From assembly GCA_048207125.1 (NCBI GenBank), contig DBEWRE010000003.1, positions 3,846-67,845 on the forward strand: a stretch of 64,000 bases of DNA, written 5' to 3'. This stretch comes from Collinsella sp. GTDB lineage: Bacteria > Actinomycetota > Coriobacteriia > Coriobacteriales > Coriobacteriaceae. The translations under genes were made by a program, and so were the position numbers. The notes under the pieces were generated by a model. It did not search any database, was not told the origin of the DNA, and saw only the letters and a list, made by a program, of their open reading frames with translations. Position 1 is the first letter of the stretch. Each line of letters starts with the position of its first letter. Below are positions 14,215 through 23,084 of this stretch, in pieces.

Positions 14215-17091
14215 TTAGATAAACGGGGTGATAAGGACGTAGAACAGGTTGACCACGCCCATGACCAGCGCCACCAGCCAAGCGGACTTAAGGCACGCCT
14301 GCCACTTGACGCGGGCGAAGTTGTTGTCGATCCACACCTCGAAGAACCAGGTGAGCGCCACCACGGCAACCGCGACGGCGATGGAAACCGGAGAGTTCCA
14401 GATGAAGAACATGCCCACCCACATGAGGAACAGGATGCTCTCGCACCAGTGCAGGATCTCGATCTTTGCCAGGGTACGGCCGCTCATCTCGGTGGTGATG
14501 CCCTTGACCAGCTCCTGGTGGGCATGATGGCTATAGGACAGGTCGAACGGCGACTTGCGAAGCTTGATGGTAAGAATGAACAGCAGACCTATAAAGATGG
14601 GCACCAGCGAGAGGATGATGGGCGCGTCCAAGCGCGTAAGCTGCGCGGTGTCGAACGACTGCGTGGCGGTAAAGAAGCCCACCGTCATGATGAGCAGCAT
14701 GGGCTCGTAGCTCATAACCTGCAGGCACTCGCGGTCGGCGCCGGTGTCCGCATAAGGAGAGCGCGCGGAGTACGCGGCGATGATGACGAAGAGCGTCGCG
14801 AGCGTCACCAAGAACACGCACATAAGCAGGTTGGAACCGCTGATGAACATGCCGCCGGCGATGGCGCAGAAGATAAGCGCGCAGGTGATGTAGGCCTCGT
14901 CGATGGCGTTGACGCTGGCTTGCTCCTTTTGCAGCAGCTTGCGAACGTCGTAGTAGGGCTGCAGCAGGCGCGGCCCCACGCGACCCTGCATGCGTGCGGA
15001 GACCTTGCGGTCAAGACCGTCCAGCAAGCAGCCGGCAACGGGCGCCACCACGGCGAAGACCACGATGCCCAGCGCGATACCCGGCAGGCCCGGACCCACC
15101 AGCTGCACGGTGCGCTCCACAAAGAACGTGCCGCCCGCCAAGAATGACGCGTCGAAAATGAAGCACGCCGCAAAGCTCATGAGCATCAGCGCGGCGGTAA
15201 TCACGGTGCCGGCGGGCGACAGCTTGTCCTCGCCAAAGATATCCGTCATATACCAGTTGCGCTTGGACGAGGTCATGGTGCGACCCATGGAACCATGGTA
15301 CTGGCGGCCGTCCGGATCCGTGCACGTGCCGCCCAGGTAGACGGCGATGCGCTTCTTCTTGCTGTCGCGCCCCCACGGGGTGAGCAGGACGATGGCGATG
15401 AACAGGACGATGGCGACCATGATGACCAGGTTGTCCACGTCGATGAGGCGCGGCACCATCTGGAAGATCTCTTGCAGGTAGGGACCTATCACATACTGGG
15501 AGATTACCGGCAGCAGCAGGCAGCAGCCGATGAGCAGCGCGGAGATTGTGCCCACGGCAAACCACTCGGTGCGGTGCACGCCGTCCTCCGCGTTTTGCGC
15601 CTTCTGCGGCACGCCGGCGAGCTTGCCCAGCCACTTGGCCCAGAAGAAGAACGTGGCGGCAGAGCCAAACGCCAGGAAGATCAAGAAGATGACGTTACCG
15701 GTCTCCGCAAAGGAAACCAGCGTTGCCCACTTGGAGATAAGCATGCCAAACGGCGCGACGAACATGCCCATGATGCCCAGCATCATCAGACGGGTGAGGC
15801 GCGGCAAGCGGGCGAAGAGCCCGTCCATGTCCTCGATGTTGCGGCTGCCGATGCGGTGCTCGACCGTGCCCACGCACAGGAACAGCAGCGACTTAGACAC
15901 GGTATGGAAGATGATGAGGAAGATTGCCGCCCACACCGCCTCGGAGGTGCCCACGCCCGCGCATGCGGAGATGAGACCCAGGTTGGCGATGGTGGAGTAC
16001 GCCAGCACACGTTTGGCGTTGCTCTGCGAGATGGCCATGAAGCTGCATAGCACAAAGGTGATGCCGCCCACGCCAACCACCATGAAGGAGGCCACGGGAT
16101 AGATAAGGTACAGCGGAGCCAGCTTGACCAGCAAGAACACGCCCGCCTTAACCATGGTGGACGAATGCAGCAGCGCGCTGGTGGGAGTAGGCGCGACCAT
16201 AGCGCCCAGCAGCCACTTGTGGAACGGCATCTGCGCCGCCTTGGTGAGGCCGGCGACGGAAAGGAGCATCAACGGAATGATCATCGTCCACGAATCCGCG
16301 CTCTGGGCGATGGCCGGCATGGCGTTGAGCGACAGCGGAACGTGGATGGTATGCAGGTAGATCACGGCGATATGGAACGCCAGGCCGCCCACCATGTTGA
16401 GGTTGATCTGCAGCAGGGCGCTCTTTTTAGCCTCGGGCGTCTGCGTGTAGCCGATCATGAGGAACGAGCAAACCGTGGTGATCTCCCAGCCGGCCAAGAT
16501 CCAGTCCATGTTGTCGGAGAGGACGATGATGAACATCGCGGACAGGAACAGGAACATGAGCGCCAGGAACTTGTTTCGGCGGTCTTGCGGCTCGCGACCC
16601 TCGCGCGCGGCGGCGGCGTCCTCATGGTGCTGGAAATCCTTCATGTAACCCAGCGCGTAGACGCAGATGACGCTGCCCACGATACCGACGATAAGCACCA
16701 TGATGACCGACAGGTTGTCGATGTACATGGGGGCGACGAAGGCGTCTTCCGGCGACATGGCAAGCGAGCCGCACCAGATGGAGGCGACCATCTGCACGGC
16801 GCCCAACGCCATGGCGAACGGGTTGCGCCAACGCACGGCATACACCAGCACCACCGCGCAGAGCAGCAAGTCGATGGCAACGGCAACGTAGTTGCCCGCG
16901 AGCGACAAACCCGGCGACACAACGAAGAACTGCGGGTTGTTCATGTAGAGCGCGCCCGTCGCGATAGCAGCAAGCGCCGTCGCGCCCGCACCCGCGATCG
17001 CCACCGGATCGCGCTGGCTATCCTGTTTGAGAAACAGCATGAGCGCCGCAACCGCCAACGGGATTGCGATCAATACGCCAAGCAAAGCCAT
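14215..17091 (-). CDS. fused hydrogenase membrane subunit: antiporter-like (EchA/NuoL-type) N-terminal part + NuoH/HycD/EchB-type C-terminal part
   Basis: 958 aa. Residues 1-~650 are polytopic and carry the Proton_antipo_M signature GLTKAAQMPFHKWLLGAMVAPTPTSALLHSSTMVKAG. Residues ~665-958 carry the NuoH/EchB signatures LDGLDRKVSARMQGRVGPRLLQPYYDVRKLL and SPFDL...ELVKGITTEMSG. It is a single frame with no internal stop. Confidence 0.85.
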   Translation of the reverse strand: MALLGVLIAIPLAVAALMLFLKQDSQRDPVAIAGAGATALAAIATGALYMNNPQFFVVSPGLSLAGNYVAVAIDLLLCAVVLVYAVRWRNPFAMALGAVQMVASIWCGSLAMSPEDAFVAPMYIDNLSVIMVLIVGIVGSVICVYALGYMKDFQHHEDAAAAREGREPQDRRNKFLALMFLFLSAMFIIVLSDNMDWILAGWEITTVCSFLMIGYTQTPEAKKSALLQINLNMVGGLAFHIAVIYLHTIHVPLSLNAMPAIAQSADSWTMIIPLMLLSVAGLTKAAQMPFHKWLLGAMVAPTPTSALLHSSTMVKAGVFLLVKLAPLYLIYPVASFMVVGVGGITFVLCSFMAISQSNAKRVLAYSTIANLGLISACAGVGTSEAVWAAIFLIIFHTVSKSLLFLCVGTVEHRIGSRNIEDMDGLFARLPRLTRLMMLGIMGMFVAPFGMLISKWATLVSFAETGNVIFLIFLAFGSAATFFFWAKWLGKLAGVPQKAQNAEDGVHRTEWFAVGTISALLIGCCLLLPVISQYVIGPYLQEIFQMVPRLIDVDNLVIMVAIVLFIAIVLLTPWGRDSKKKRIAVYLGGTCTDPDGRQYHGSMGRTMTSSKRNWYMTDIFGEDKLSPAGTVITAALMLMSFAACFIFDASFLAGGTFFVERTVQLVGPGLPGIALGIVVFAVVAPVAGCLLDGLDRKVSARMQGRVGPRLLQPYYDVRKLLQKEQASVNAIDEAYITCALIFCAIAGGMFISGSNLLMCVFLVTLATLFVIIAAYSARSPYADTGADRECLQVMSYEPMLLIMTVGFFTATQSFDTAQLTRLDAPIILSLVPIFIGLLFILTIKLRKSPFDLSYSHHAHQELVKGITTEMSGRTLAKIEILHWCESILFLMWVGMFFIWNSPVSIAVAVAVVALTWFFEVWIDNNFARVKWQACLKSAWLVALVMGVVNLFYVLITPFI

Positions 17092-17322
17092 AGGGACCCC
17101 TCAATCACCCGGTCTTTGAGCCATATGGAGTTATGGTACACCTGTGGAGGGATTGAGATTTGCCTATCTCCTTACTCGGGTTCAGTTTTCGCCAAACGGT
17201 AGGGCGCCTTCCCGTGCGCGCCCCGAGCGCGCTTCGCGGAGGACGGCGGCGGGCGGGGTCGGGGCGACGATGGTGCAACGGCGGGCATGCGGGGCGGCGG
17301 CGCGGAAGGGGCTCATTTTCTT

Positions 17323-17387
17323 GAGAACGCCATTTGGACGTTTTTTCAGGGGCAGAGCTTAGAAAAAAGCGTCCAAATGGCGTTCTC
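17323..17387. repeat. 65-nt near-perfect palindrome upstream of the hydrogenase operon
   Basis: GAGAACGCCATTTGGACG (17323..17340) and its exact reverse complement (17370..17387). Pairing extends through TTTTTTC/GAAAAAA with one bulged G. The stem is ~25 bp and the loop ~14 nt. Confidence 0.7.
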
Positions 17388-17447
17388 ATCAAATGGTGAC
17401 CGCTCAAGACGGGCCGGCAAGGGGACTGAGACGATCGGGTCGAAGCT

Positions 17448-17957
17448 CTACTTATGCGTTGAACTTTTGTCCAGGGAATCGGCGGCGGTATCCGACGGAT
17501 CCCCCTCGCTGAACAACCAGCCGGTAAACAACCCCACAAGCGGCATGATCCATCTGGCAAGCATTGGATAGGCCGCCGCCAGCAGCAGGAACACGAGGAT
17601 GTTGCCGCTCAGCAAGACAAAGACCATGGGCAGGGTGAAAATGATAATCGCGGCGCGACCTGCTGGGCTTGTCCACATATGGCGCAGATAGATGACGCCG
17701 GAGTGCCAGAGAAACGCCAGCATGAGCATCGCGAAGCCGCCGAAAAGCGATAGCCCGATCGTCGCAAGCAGGCCGTCCGTCTCGATAAACGGCGGGGTCA
17801 CATTACCCCAATCGTCGACGCGGGGTTCCATGCAAAACGACCAACCCCAAGCGAAGCCCATGACGCCGAACGCAACATCGATGAGGCACCCGATCTTGCC
17901 GGCGCCCCGCCGCAGCGACCGCCCAAATGCATAGTCAAATTTCATCGGTGCGCCCAT
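17448..17957 (-). CDS. hypothetical integral membrane protein
   Basis: 169-aa ORF with ~4 predicted TM helices. ATG with GCGAGG 7 nt upstream. No family recognised. Confidence 0.55.
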   Translation of the reverse strand: MGAPMKFDYAFGRSLRRGAGKIGCLIDVAFGVMGFAWGWSFCMEPRVDDWGNVTPPFIETDGLLATIGLSLFGGFAMLMLAFLWHSGVIYLRHMWTSPAGRAAIIIFTLPMVFVLLSGNILVFLLLAAAYPMLARWIMPLVGLFTGWLFSEGDPSDTAADSLDKSSTHK

Positions 17958-18294
17958 ACGTGACCTCGCGTTCTTTATCGTTCGCGCCCGCGGGCAACAA
18001 CCGCGCGCGAAGCGGCAGCACTTTCAGCCGCCTCGCGCTGCCGTCTCGCTAGGAAACAGCGCACGGATACGGCAAAACGCACTGAAGCGTAACGTGTCTC
18101 GATTGATTATTCGCAGAGTGTGAAGGCCGGGTCAACGGCGTTGGCACGGGTTTTCGGCAGATGGGGACATCCCGCTAACACGCTAGCCATTAAGTGGCTA
18201 CAATCGGCAAAGCGTCCCGAGCCGCAGGACCAAACGGGGCGGCAGAATTTAAACTGGAGGCGCACCGCAGCGAAGGAGAAAATCGTAACAGCGG

Positions 18295-18330
18295 CATAAA
18301 AAACGCGCCGGCCCGTATTCGAACCGACGC
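18295..18330 (-). terminator. Rho-independent terminator of fprA
   Basis: On the minus strand: CGCGTCGG-12nt-CCGGCGCG, an 8-bp stem with 1 mismatch, followed by TTTTTTAT. It lies ~60 nt downstream of the stop at 18389. Confidence 0.6.
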
Positions 18331-18388
18331 GTAGCGACAAGACTTTGGATGAAGACCCTCCGGTCGCCCAAATCAGGAGCGGCGCACG

Positions 18389-19573
18389 CTAGGCGCGAGC
18401 GTCCTCGATGACCTTCTTGACGGTGGCCTGCAGCTCGGAAAGCTTCTCCTCGCTGGGGATCCACTGCTGGGTGATAACCGGAACGGGCAGGTTGAACTTA
18501 GCCTTCTCGAGCTCCTCGTACACTTGCTTGGGACCAAGCGGGGCCCAGCCGTAGGAGCCAAATGCCAGGCCGATGCGCTGGTCGTTCTTGGGCGACAGGC
18601 CGCGCATGTAGGTGAGAAAGCTGGCGACGGTGGGCAGCATGTTGGAGTTGAGGGTGGGTGAGCCAACCGCGACGTAGCGGGCATCGCACAGCTCGGTCAT
18701 GATATCGGAGATGTGGGTGGCCTTGACGTCGATCAGTTTGGCGGAGATGCCCTCGGCGATGAAGGAGTCGCAGATCTCGCGAGCCATCATCTCGGTGGAG
18801 TGCCACATGGAGTCAAAGACCACCACGGCCTTCTCCTCGGTCTGGTAGGTGGTCCAGGCCTCGTACTTCTCCAGAATCTTGTCGATATGCGAGCGCCAGA
18901 TGCACCCGTGGCTGGGGGCGATCATCTTGAGCTCCAGGCCCTTGACCGCCTCGAGCGCCTTGTGCGCCTGCATGCCGTACGGCCACACGATGTTGGCGTA
19001 GTACTTCTTGGCCTGCTTCATGATCTCGCACAGGTCGTTCTCGTCATCAAAGCGCTTGGTGGTGGCGTAGTGCTGGCCAAAGGCGTCGTTGGAGAACAGG
19101 ATCTGGTCGACATCGGAATAGGTGACCATGTTGTCCGGCCAGTGAACCATGGGGGTGGTCACAAAGGTGAGGGTGCGCTCGCCGATGTTCAGGGTGTCGC
19201 CGCTCTTGACGGGCGTGGCCTCGATGCCAAAGTGGGCCTTGACCTCGTTGACACCGGCGCCGGCGCTGGCGTAGATCTGCGCGTTGGGGGCGATCTTGTG
19301 GATCACGGGCAGGGAGCCGGAGTGGTCCATCTCGACATGGTTGGTGATGACCACGTCGATCTTGGCGGGGTCGACAACCTGGGAGATGCGCTGAACCAGC
19401 TCGTCGGCAAAGGTCGCCTTGCAGGTATCGATCAGCGTGATCTTCTCGTCCATGATCAGATACGCGTTGTAAGTGATGCCGGCCTCCGTGGTATAGCCGT
19501 GGAACAGGCGCTCGTTCCAATCGATGCCGCCGACCCACCAAACCTTGGGAGAAATCTCGATCGCATTCAGCAT
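18389..19573 (-). CDS. fprA: A-type flavodiiron protein (FprA family; O2/NO reductase)
   Basis: 394 aa. The N-terminal metallo-beta-lactamase-like domain has the diiron motif HVEMDHSGS (HxExDH). The C-terminal part is a flavodoxin-like domain (VVVFDSMWHSTE...). ATG with GAGAGGAAA SD. Confidence 0.9.
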   Translation of the reverse strand: MLNAIEISPKVWWVGGIDWNERLFHGYTTEAGITYNAYLIMDEKITLIDTCKATFADELVQRISQVVDPAKIDVVITNHVEMDHSGSLPVIHKIAPNAQIYASAGAGVNEVKAHFGIEATPVKSGDTLNIGERTLTFVTTPMVHWPDNMVTYSDVDQILFSNDAFGQHYATTKRFDDENDLCEIMKQAKKYYANIVWPYGMQAHKALEAVKGLELKMIAPSHGCIWRSHIDKILEKYEAWTTYQTEEKAVVVFDSMWHSTEMMAREICDSFIAEGISAKLIDVKATHISDIMTELCDARYVAVGSPTLNSNMLPTVASFLTYMRGLSPKNDQRIGLAFGSYGWAPLGPKQVYEELEKAKFNLPVPVITQQWIPSEEKLSELQATVKKVIEDARA

Positions 19574-19762
19574 GTCGTTTCCTCTCTCATGCTTAACTCA
19601 TGCCGCGAAGCGCGGACGCCAGAGTACGGCCCACGCCGTTTGAACTGCACACATAATAGCACGTTGGCATGGACTCGCCGCGAGCCCCATACGCTACGCA
19701 AAGCATGCCGATTCGATATGCACATAAAGACCTATAGGCTCTATATGGACGAGAATATGGAC

Positions 19763-19794
19763 GAGAAAGGGGCGGACCCGCCAAGATCCGCCCC
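19763..19794 (-). terminator. Rho-independent terminator of the EF-G-like gene
   Basis: Stem GGGGCGGA / TCCGCCCC (19769..19776 and 19787..19794). On the minus strand it is followed by TTTCTCGT. It lies ~30 nt downstream of the stop at 19822. Confidence 0.55.
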
Positions 19795-19821
19795 TCATCA
19801 GATAGTCGCTATGCCCGTTGC

Positions 19822-21888
19822 CTAGCGTCCCTGGGCACGGGAGTGCTCGTAGAACTCGACCAGGCGCTTCTGCACGTCATAGGGCACCTGCTCGTAGCCG
19901 GCGGGCTCCATGGTGAAGTCGCCGGTGCCGCGGGTGAGCGAGCGCAGACGGGTTGCGTAGTCGACCAGCTCCGCATAGGGCACGGTGGCGTTGACCACGG
20001 TATCGCCCTGCTTGTTGGTATCCATGCCGGTCACGCGGCCGCGAGAGGCGGACACGTCGCCCATCACGGCGCCGGCGTAGCTCTCCGGGATGGTGACCGT
20101 AATGTCCATCATGGGCTCCAAGATCACGGGGTCGGCGTCGGCGCAAGCCTTCTTGAGGCCGATGCGGGCGGCGGTGCGGAACGCCATCTCGTTGGAGTCG
20201 ACGGGGTGATAGGAGCCGTCGTAGCAGGCGACGCGGATGCCCGTCAGCGGGTAGCCGGCGATGATGCCGTCCTTCATGGTCTCCTGGACGCCGCGGTCGA
20301 CCGCGGGGATAAGCGAGCGCGGAATGCGTCCGCCCACGACCTCGTCCACAAACTCATAGTCGGTGCCGTCGACAAGCGGCTCGACGCGCAGGTAGCAATC
20401 GCCAAACTGGCCGGCGCCGCCGGTCTGCTTCTTGTGGCGACCCTGAGCGCTGGCGACGCGGCGGATGGTCTCGCGATACGGGATGCGGATGGGGACGATA
20501 TGGGCCTCGACCTTGGTGCGCTCCTCCAGGCGGTTGAGCAGGACGGAAACCTGGGCCTCGCCCACGGCGGAGATGATGGTCTGGCCGGTCTCCTCGTCGC
20601 GGTCGATGCTCATGGTGGGGTCGGCGTCGCAGGCCTTCTCGATAAACGTGAAGAGCTTCTCCTCGTCCCCGCGATTCTCCGCCTCGATGGCGATGCGGTA
20701 CTGGGAGTTGGGGAACTTGAAGGCAGCGGCCTCCACCTTACCGGAGACGGACAGGGTGTCGCCGGTCTCGGCACTCATCTTGGGAACGACGACGATATCG
20801 CCCGCATAGGCGTGACCGACCTCGGTCATCTCGCGGCCGCACATAACGTAGAGGTGCGACATGCGGTCGCCCTTGCGGGTGCGGGCGTTGACCAGCTCCA
20901 TGCCGGGCTCGATGGTACCGGTGAGGACCTTGATGAAGGACAGTCGACCCTGGCCGGGATCGTTCAAGGTCTTGAAGACAAAGACGACGGGACGCTCGTC
21001 CTCAGAGGAGATCTTGAGCTTGTCGCCGTCGATAAGGGGCATCTCGCCGTAGTCGGTGGGCGCGGGGAAGTACGACGCGATGTCATCCATAAGGGAGTTG
21101 ACGCCCTGCTCCTTGATGCAGCTGCCGGCGAAGACGGGGACGAAGATGCGCTCGGCGATTGCCTTGGAGAGCAGGCCCTCGATCTCGTCCTGGGTAAGGG
21201 GCTCACCCTCAAGGTACTTCTCCATCAGCTCGTCATCTGCCTCGGCGACCAGCTCGCACAGGGTCTCGTGCGCGGCCTCGGCCTGGGCGCGATACTCTTC
21301 CGGAATCTCGGTCTCGGTCTGCTTGGTGCCCTCGCACTGGCGGGCCTTCATGCGGACCAGGTCGATGATGCCGTGGAAGTCATCGCCCACGCCCCAAGGC
21401 AGGGTGACGGCGCCAAGACGCATGCCAAAGCGCTCGCGCAGAAGCTCCATGCACGCCTCGTAATCGGCGTTTTCCTTGTCGACGCGATTCACAAAGACGG
21501 CGCGCGCGAGGCGAAGGTCCTCGGCGGCGTACCAAAGCTTGACGGTGGTGGGCTGCGGGCCGGCGGCGGCGTCGACCACAAACAGGGCGCTTTCAGAAAC
21601 GCTCATGGCCGCATAGGCGTCGCCGATGAAATCGGGGTAGCAGGGGGCGTCCAAAACGTTGATGCGGACGTCTTTCCAGTCGATCGGCGCGATAGCGGTC
21701 GAGATTGAGAACTCGCGCTTGACCTCTTCTGCGTCGTAATCGAGGGTAGGCTTGGTGCCTGCGTGGCCGCCCAGGCGGGCGGTCTTGCCGGAAAGGTGAA
21801 GCATGGCCTCCGCGAGCGAGGTCTTGCCCACCCCGCCTTGGCCTACGAGCACCACGTTCCTCACGTTGTCGGTCTTGGGCGCGCCCAT
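19822..21888 (-). CDS. elongation factor G paralogue with degenerate G-domain motifs
   Basis: 688 aa with full EF-G-like length and domain order. ATG with AAGGGAGG SD. The P-loop GQGGVGKT is present. G3 reads DAPCYPDF (canonical DTPGHVDF) and G4 reads NRVD (canonical NKxD). Confidence 0.85.
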   Translation of the reverse strand: MGAPKTDNVRNVVLVGQGGVGKTSLAEAMLHLSGKTARLGGHAGTKPTLDYDAEEVKREFSISTAIAPIDWKDVRINVLDAPCYPDFIGDAYAAMSVSESALFVVDAAAGPQPTTVKLWYAAEDLRLARAVFVNRVDKENADYEACMELLRERFGMRLGAVTLPWGVGDDFHGIIDLVRMKARQCEGTKQTETEIPEEYRAQAEAAHETLCELVAEADDELMEKYLEGEPLTQDEIEGLLSKAIAERIFVPVFAGSCIKEQGVNSLMDDIASYFPAPTDYGEMPLIDGDKLKISSEDERPVVFVFKTLNDPGQGRLSFIKVLTGTIEPGMELVNARTRKGDRMSHLYVMCGREMTEVGHAYAGDIVVVPKMSAETGDTLSVSGKVEAAAFKFPNSQYRIAIEAENRGDEEKLFTFIEKACDADPTMSIDRDEETGQTIISAVGEAQVSVLLNRLEERTKVEAHIVPIRIPYRETIRRVASAQGRHKKQTGGAGQFGDCYLRVEPLVDGTDYEFVDEVVGGRIPRSLIPAVDRGVQETMKDGIIAGYPLTGIRVACYDGSYHPVDSNEMAFRTAARIGLKKACADADPVILEPMMDITVTIPESYAGAVMGDVSASRGRVTGMDTNKQGDTVVNATVPYAELVDYATRLRSLTRGTGDFTMEPAGYEQVPYDVQKRLVEFYEHSRAQGR

Positions 21889-22334
21889 AATAACCTCCCT
21901 TTCGCCCCGCGCGGCCGCACAAGTGCCCGCGCCAGAGCTGGTCGCGAACGTGCGTGGACGCGGGTGATGGGCGGCTCATGCGCGAAGCCGGGGTTGTTTG
22001 GGCCTCGAAGCCCCGCGCACCAGCGGCGACCCAGCGGAGTCGCCTCGCCGTACCGCGCGGAGCGGGTAAACGCGGATGTAAAGGCACCGCGATGCCGAAA
22101 AGCCCAAAAGCCAAGGCCTCGAACGTGCGCCGCTTAACGCCGCGAGCGCACCGTCCTTTTGTCCTATGTGCCCCAGCCTACCCTTATGCGAGCGAGCGCA
22201 ACCCGTACTTTCGCCAAGTGGTGCGTGGACGGGCTCTGACGGAAAGCCTTCGGACCCGGCCCCCTTCTTGCTTGCGGCGTCGCGCGCGGTGCGATGCGCG
22301 CCACGCGCCGTCTCCGCAGCAGCTCGCGCCCCGG

Positions 22335-23084
22335 TCAGCACACCCAGCACTGCACGCCGGGCAGCACCGTCATCCCCAACGAGCGCTGCAGGGCAAACGA
22401 TGGCTCGTTCCCCAGCACCACCTGTCCCTGGGGCACGCGGCCCGCAGCGAGCATGCGCGCAATCGCCCGGCCCTCCAGCTCGCGGGCGTAGCCGCGCCGG
22501 CGATACCGCGCGAGAACCTCGAGCATGCCTATGGTTCCCTCGTCATGCTCGCCGATAAATCCCACCAGGTCGCCCGAGGCGTCGAAGCCCCCGTACACCC
22601 AACCATCCGCCAGGTGGCGCAGAATATCCTCTCTCGGCAGCCCGTCGTACTGGGCGGCGATCGCGTCCAGCCACTCCACGCCCAAGCGCTCGATGCGAAG
22701 CGACTCCCGCACGGAGGGAGGGTCCGCACCCTCGTACACGCACACCCGGTAGCGCGTGATCGATTCCTCCGCATAGCCGCACGCGAGCGCATGATCGGCA
22801 TCTACAAACAACACCACGGAATCGCCCGGCTCACGGTCTGCGCCAGCAAGCACGCGCCGTGCGGCGGCATCATCCACCGCAGCGTGCAAGTAGTTTTGGG
22901 ACGAAGGCAGGTAGAGCAACACCCCATCCGCGGACACATGGTCCACGCGCGCACGCCCAAGCCGCAGCGACTCCGTCATGGAAACCACCTCGCGCGGGTC
23001 CTCCCACGCGGCCAGCCGCTCGAGCGCCTCGCGCACCGCGGGTGCATCGGGCGATTCGCACACGCCGGCACCAACCCTACTCAT
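22335..23084 (-). CDS. GNAT family N-acetyltransferase
   Basis: 249 aa. The C-terminal half has the acetyl-CoA binding motif (LARYRRRGYARELEGRAIARM, a Q/RxxGxG/A-like motif). Its ATG overlaps the marR stop by 8 nt. Confidence 0.7.
   Translation of the reverse strand: MSRVGAGVCESPDAPAVREALERLAAWEDPREVVSMTESLRLGRARVDHVSADGVLLYLPSSQNYLHAAVDDAAARRVLAGADREPGDSVVLFVDADHALACGYAEESITRYRVCVYEGADPPSVRESLRIERLGVEWLDAIAAQYDGLPREDILRHLADGWVYGGFDASGDLVGFIGEHDEGTIGMLEVLARYRRRGYARELEGRAIARMLAAGRVPQGQVVLGNEPSFALQRSLGMTVLPGVQCWVC

Noticed and set aside
18303-18330. GGTTCGAAT-containing segment that looked like a tRNA T-arm or tmRNA 3' end
   Set aside because: No acceptor, D or anticodon arms can be built around it. 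Instead it forms an 8-bp hairpin followed by T6 on the minus strand, right after fprA, so it is a terminator.
19843-21708. 621-aa plus-strand ORF opposite the EF-G-like gene
   Set aside because: It is a shadow ORF with a Gly/Ala/Asp/Leu/Val-rich product and no domain signature. The minus strand encodes a full EF-G-like protein.
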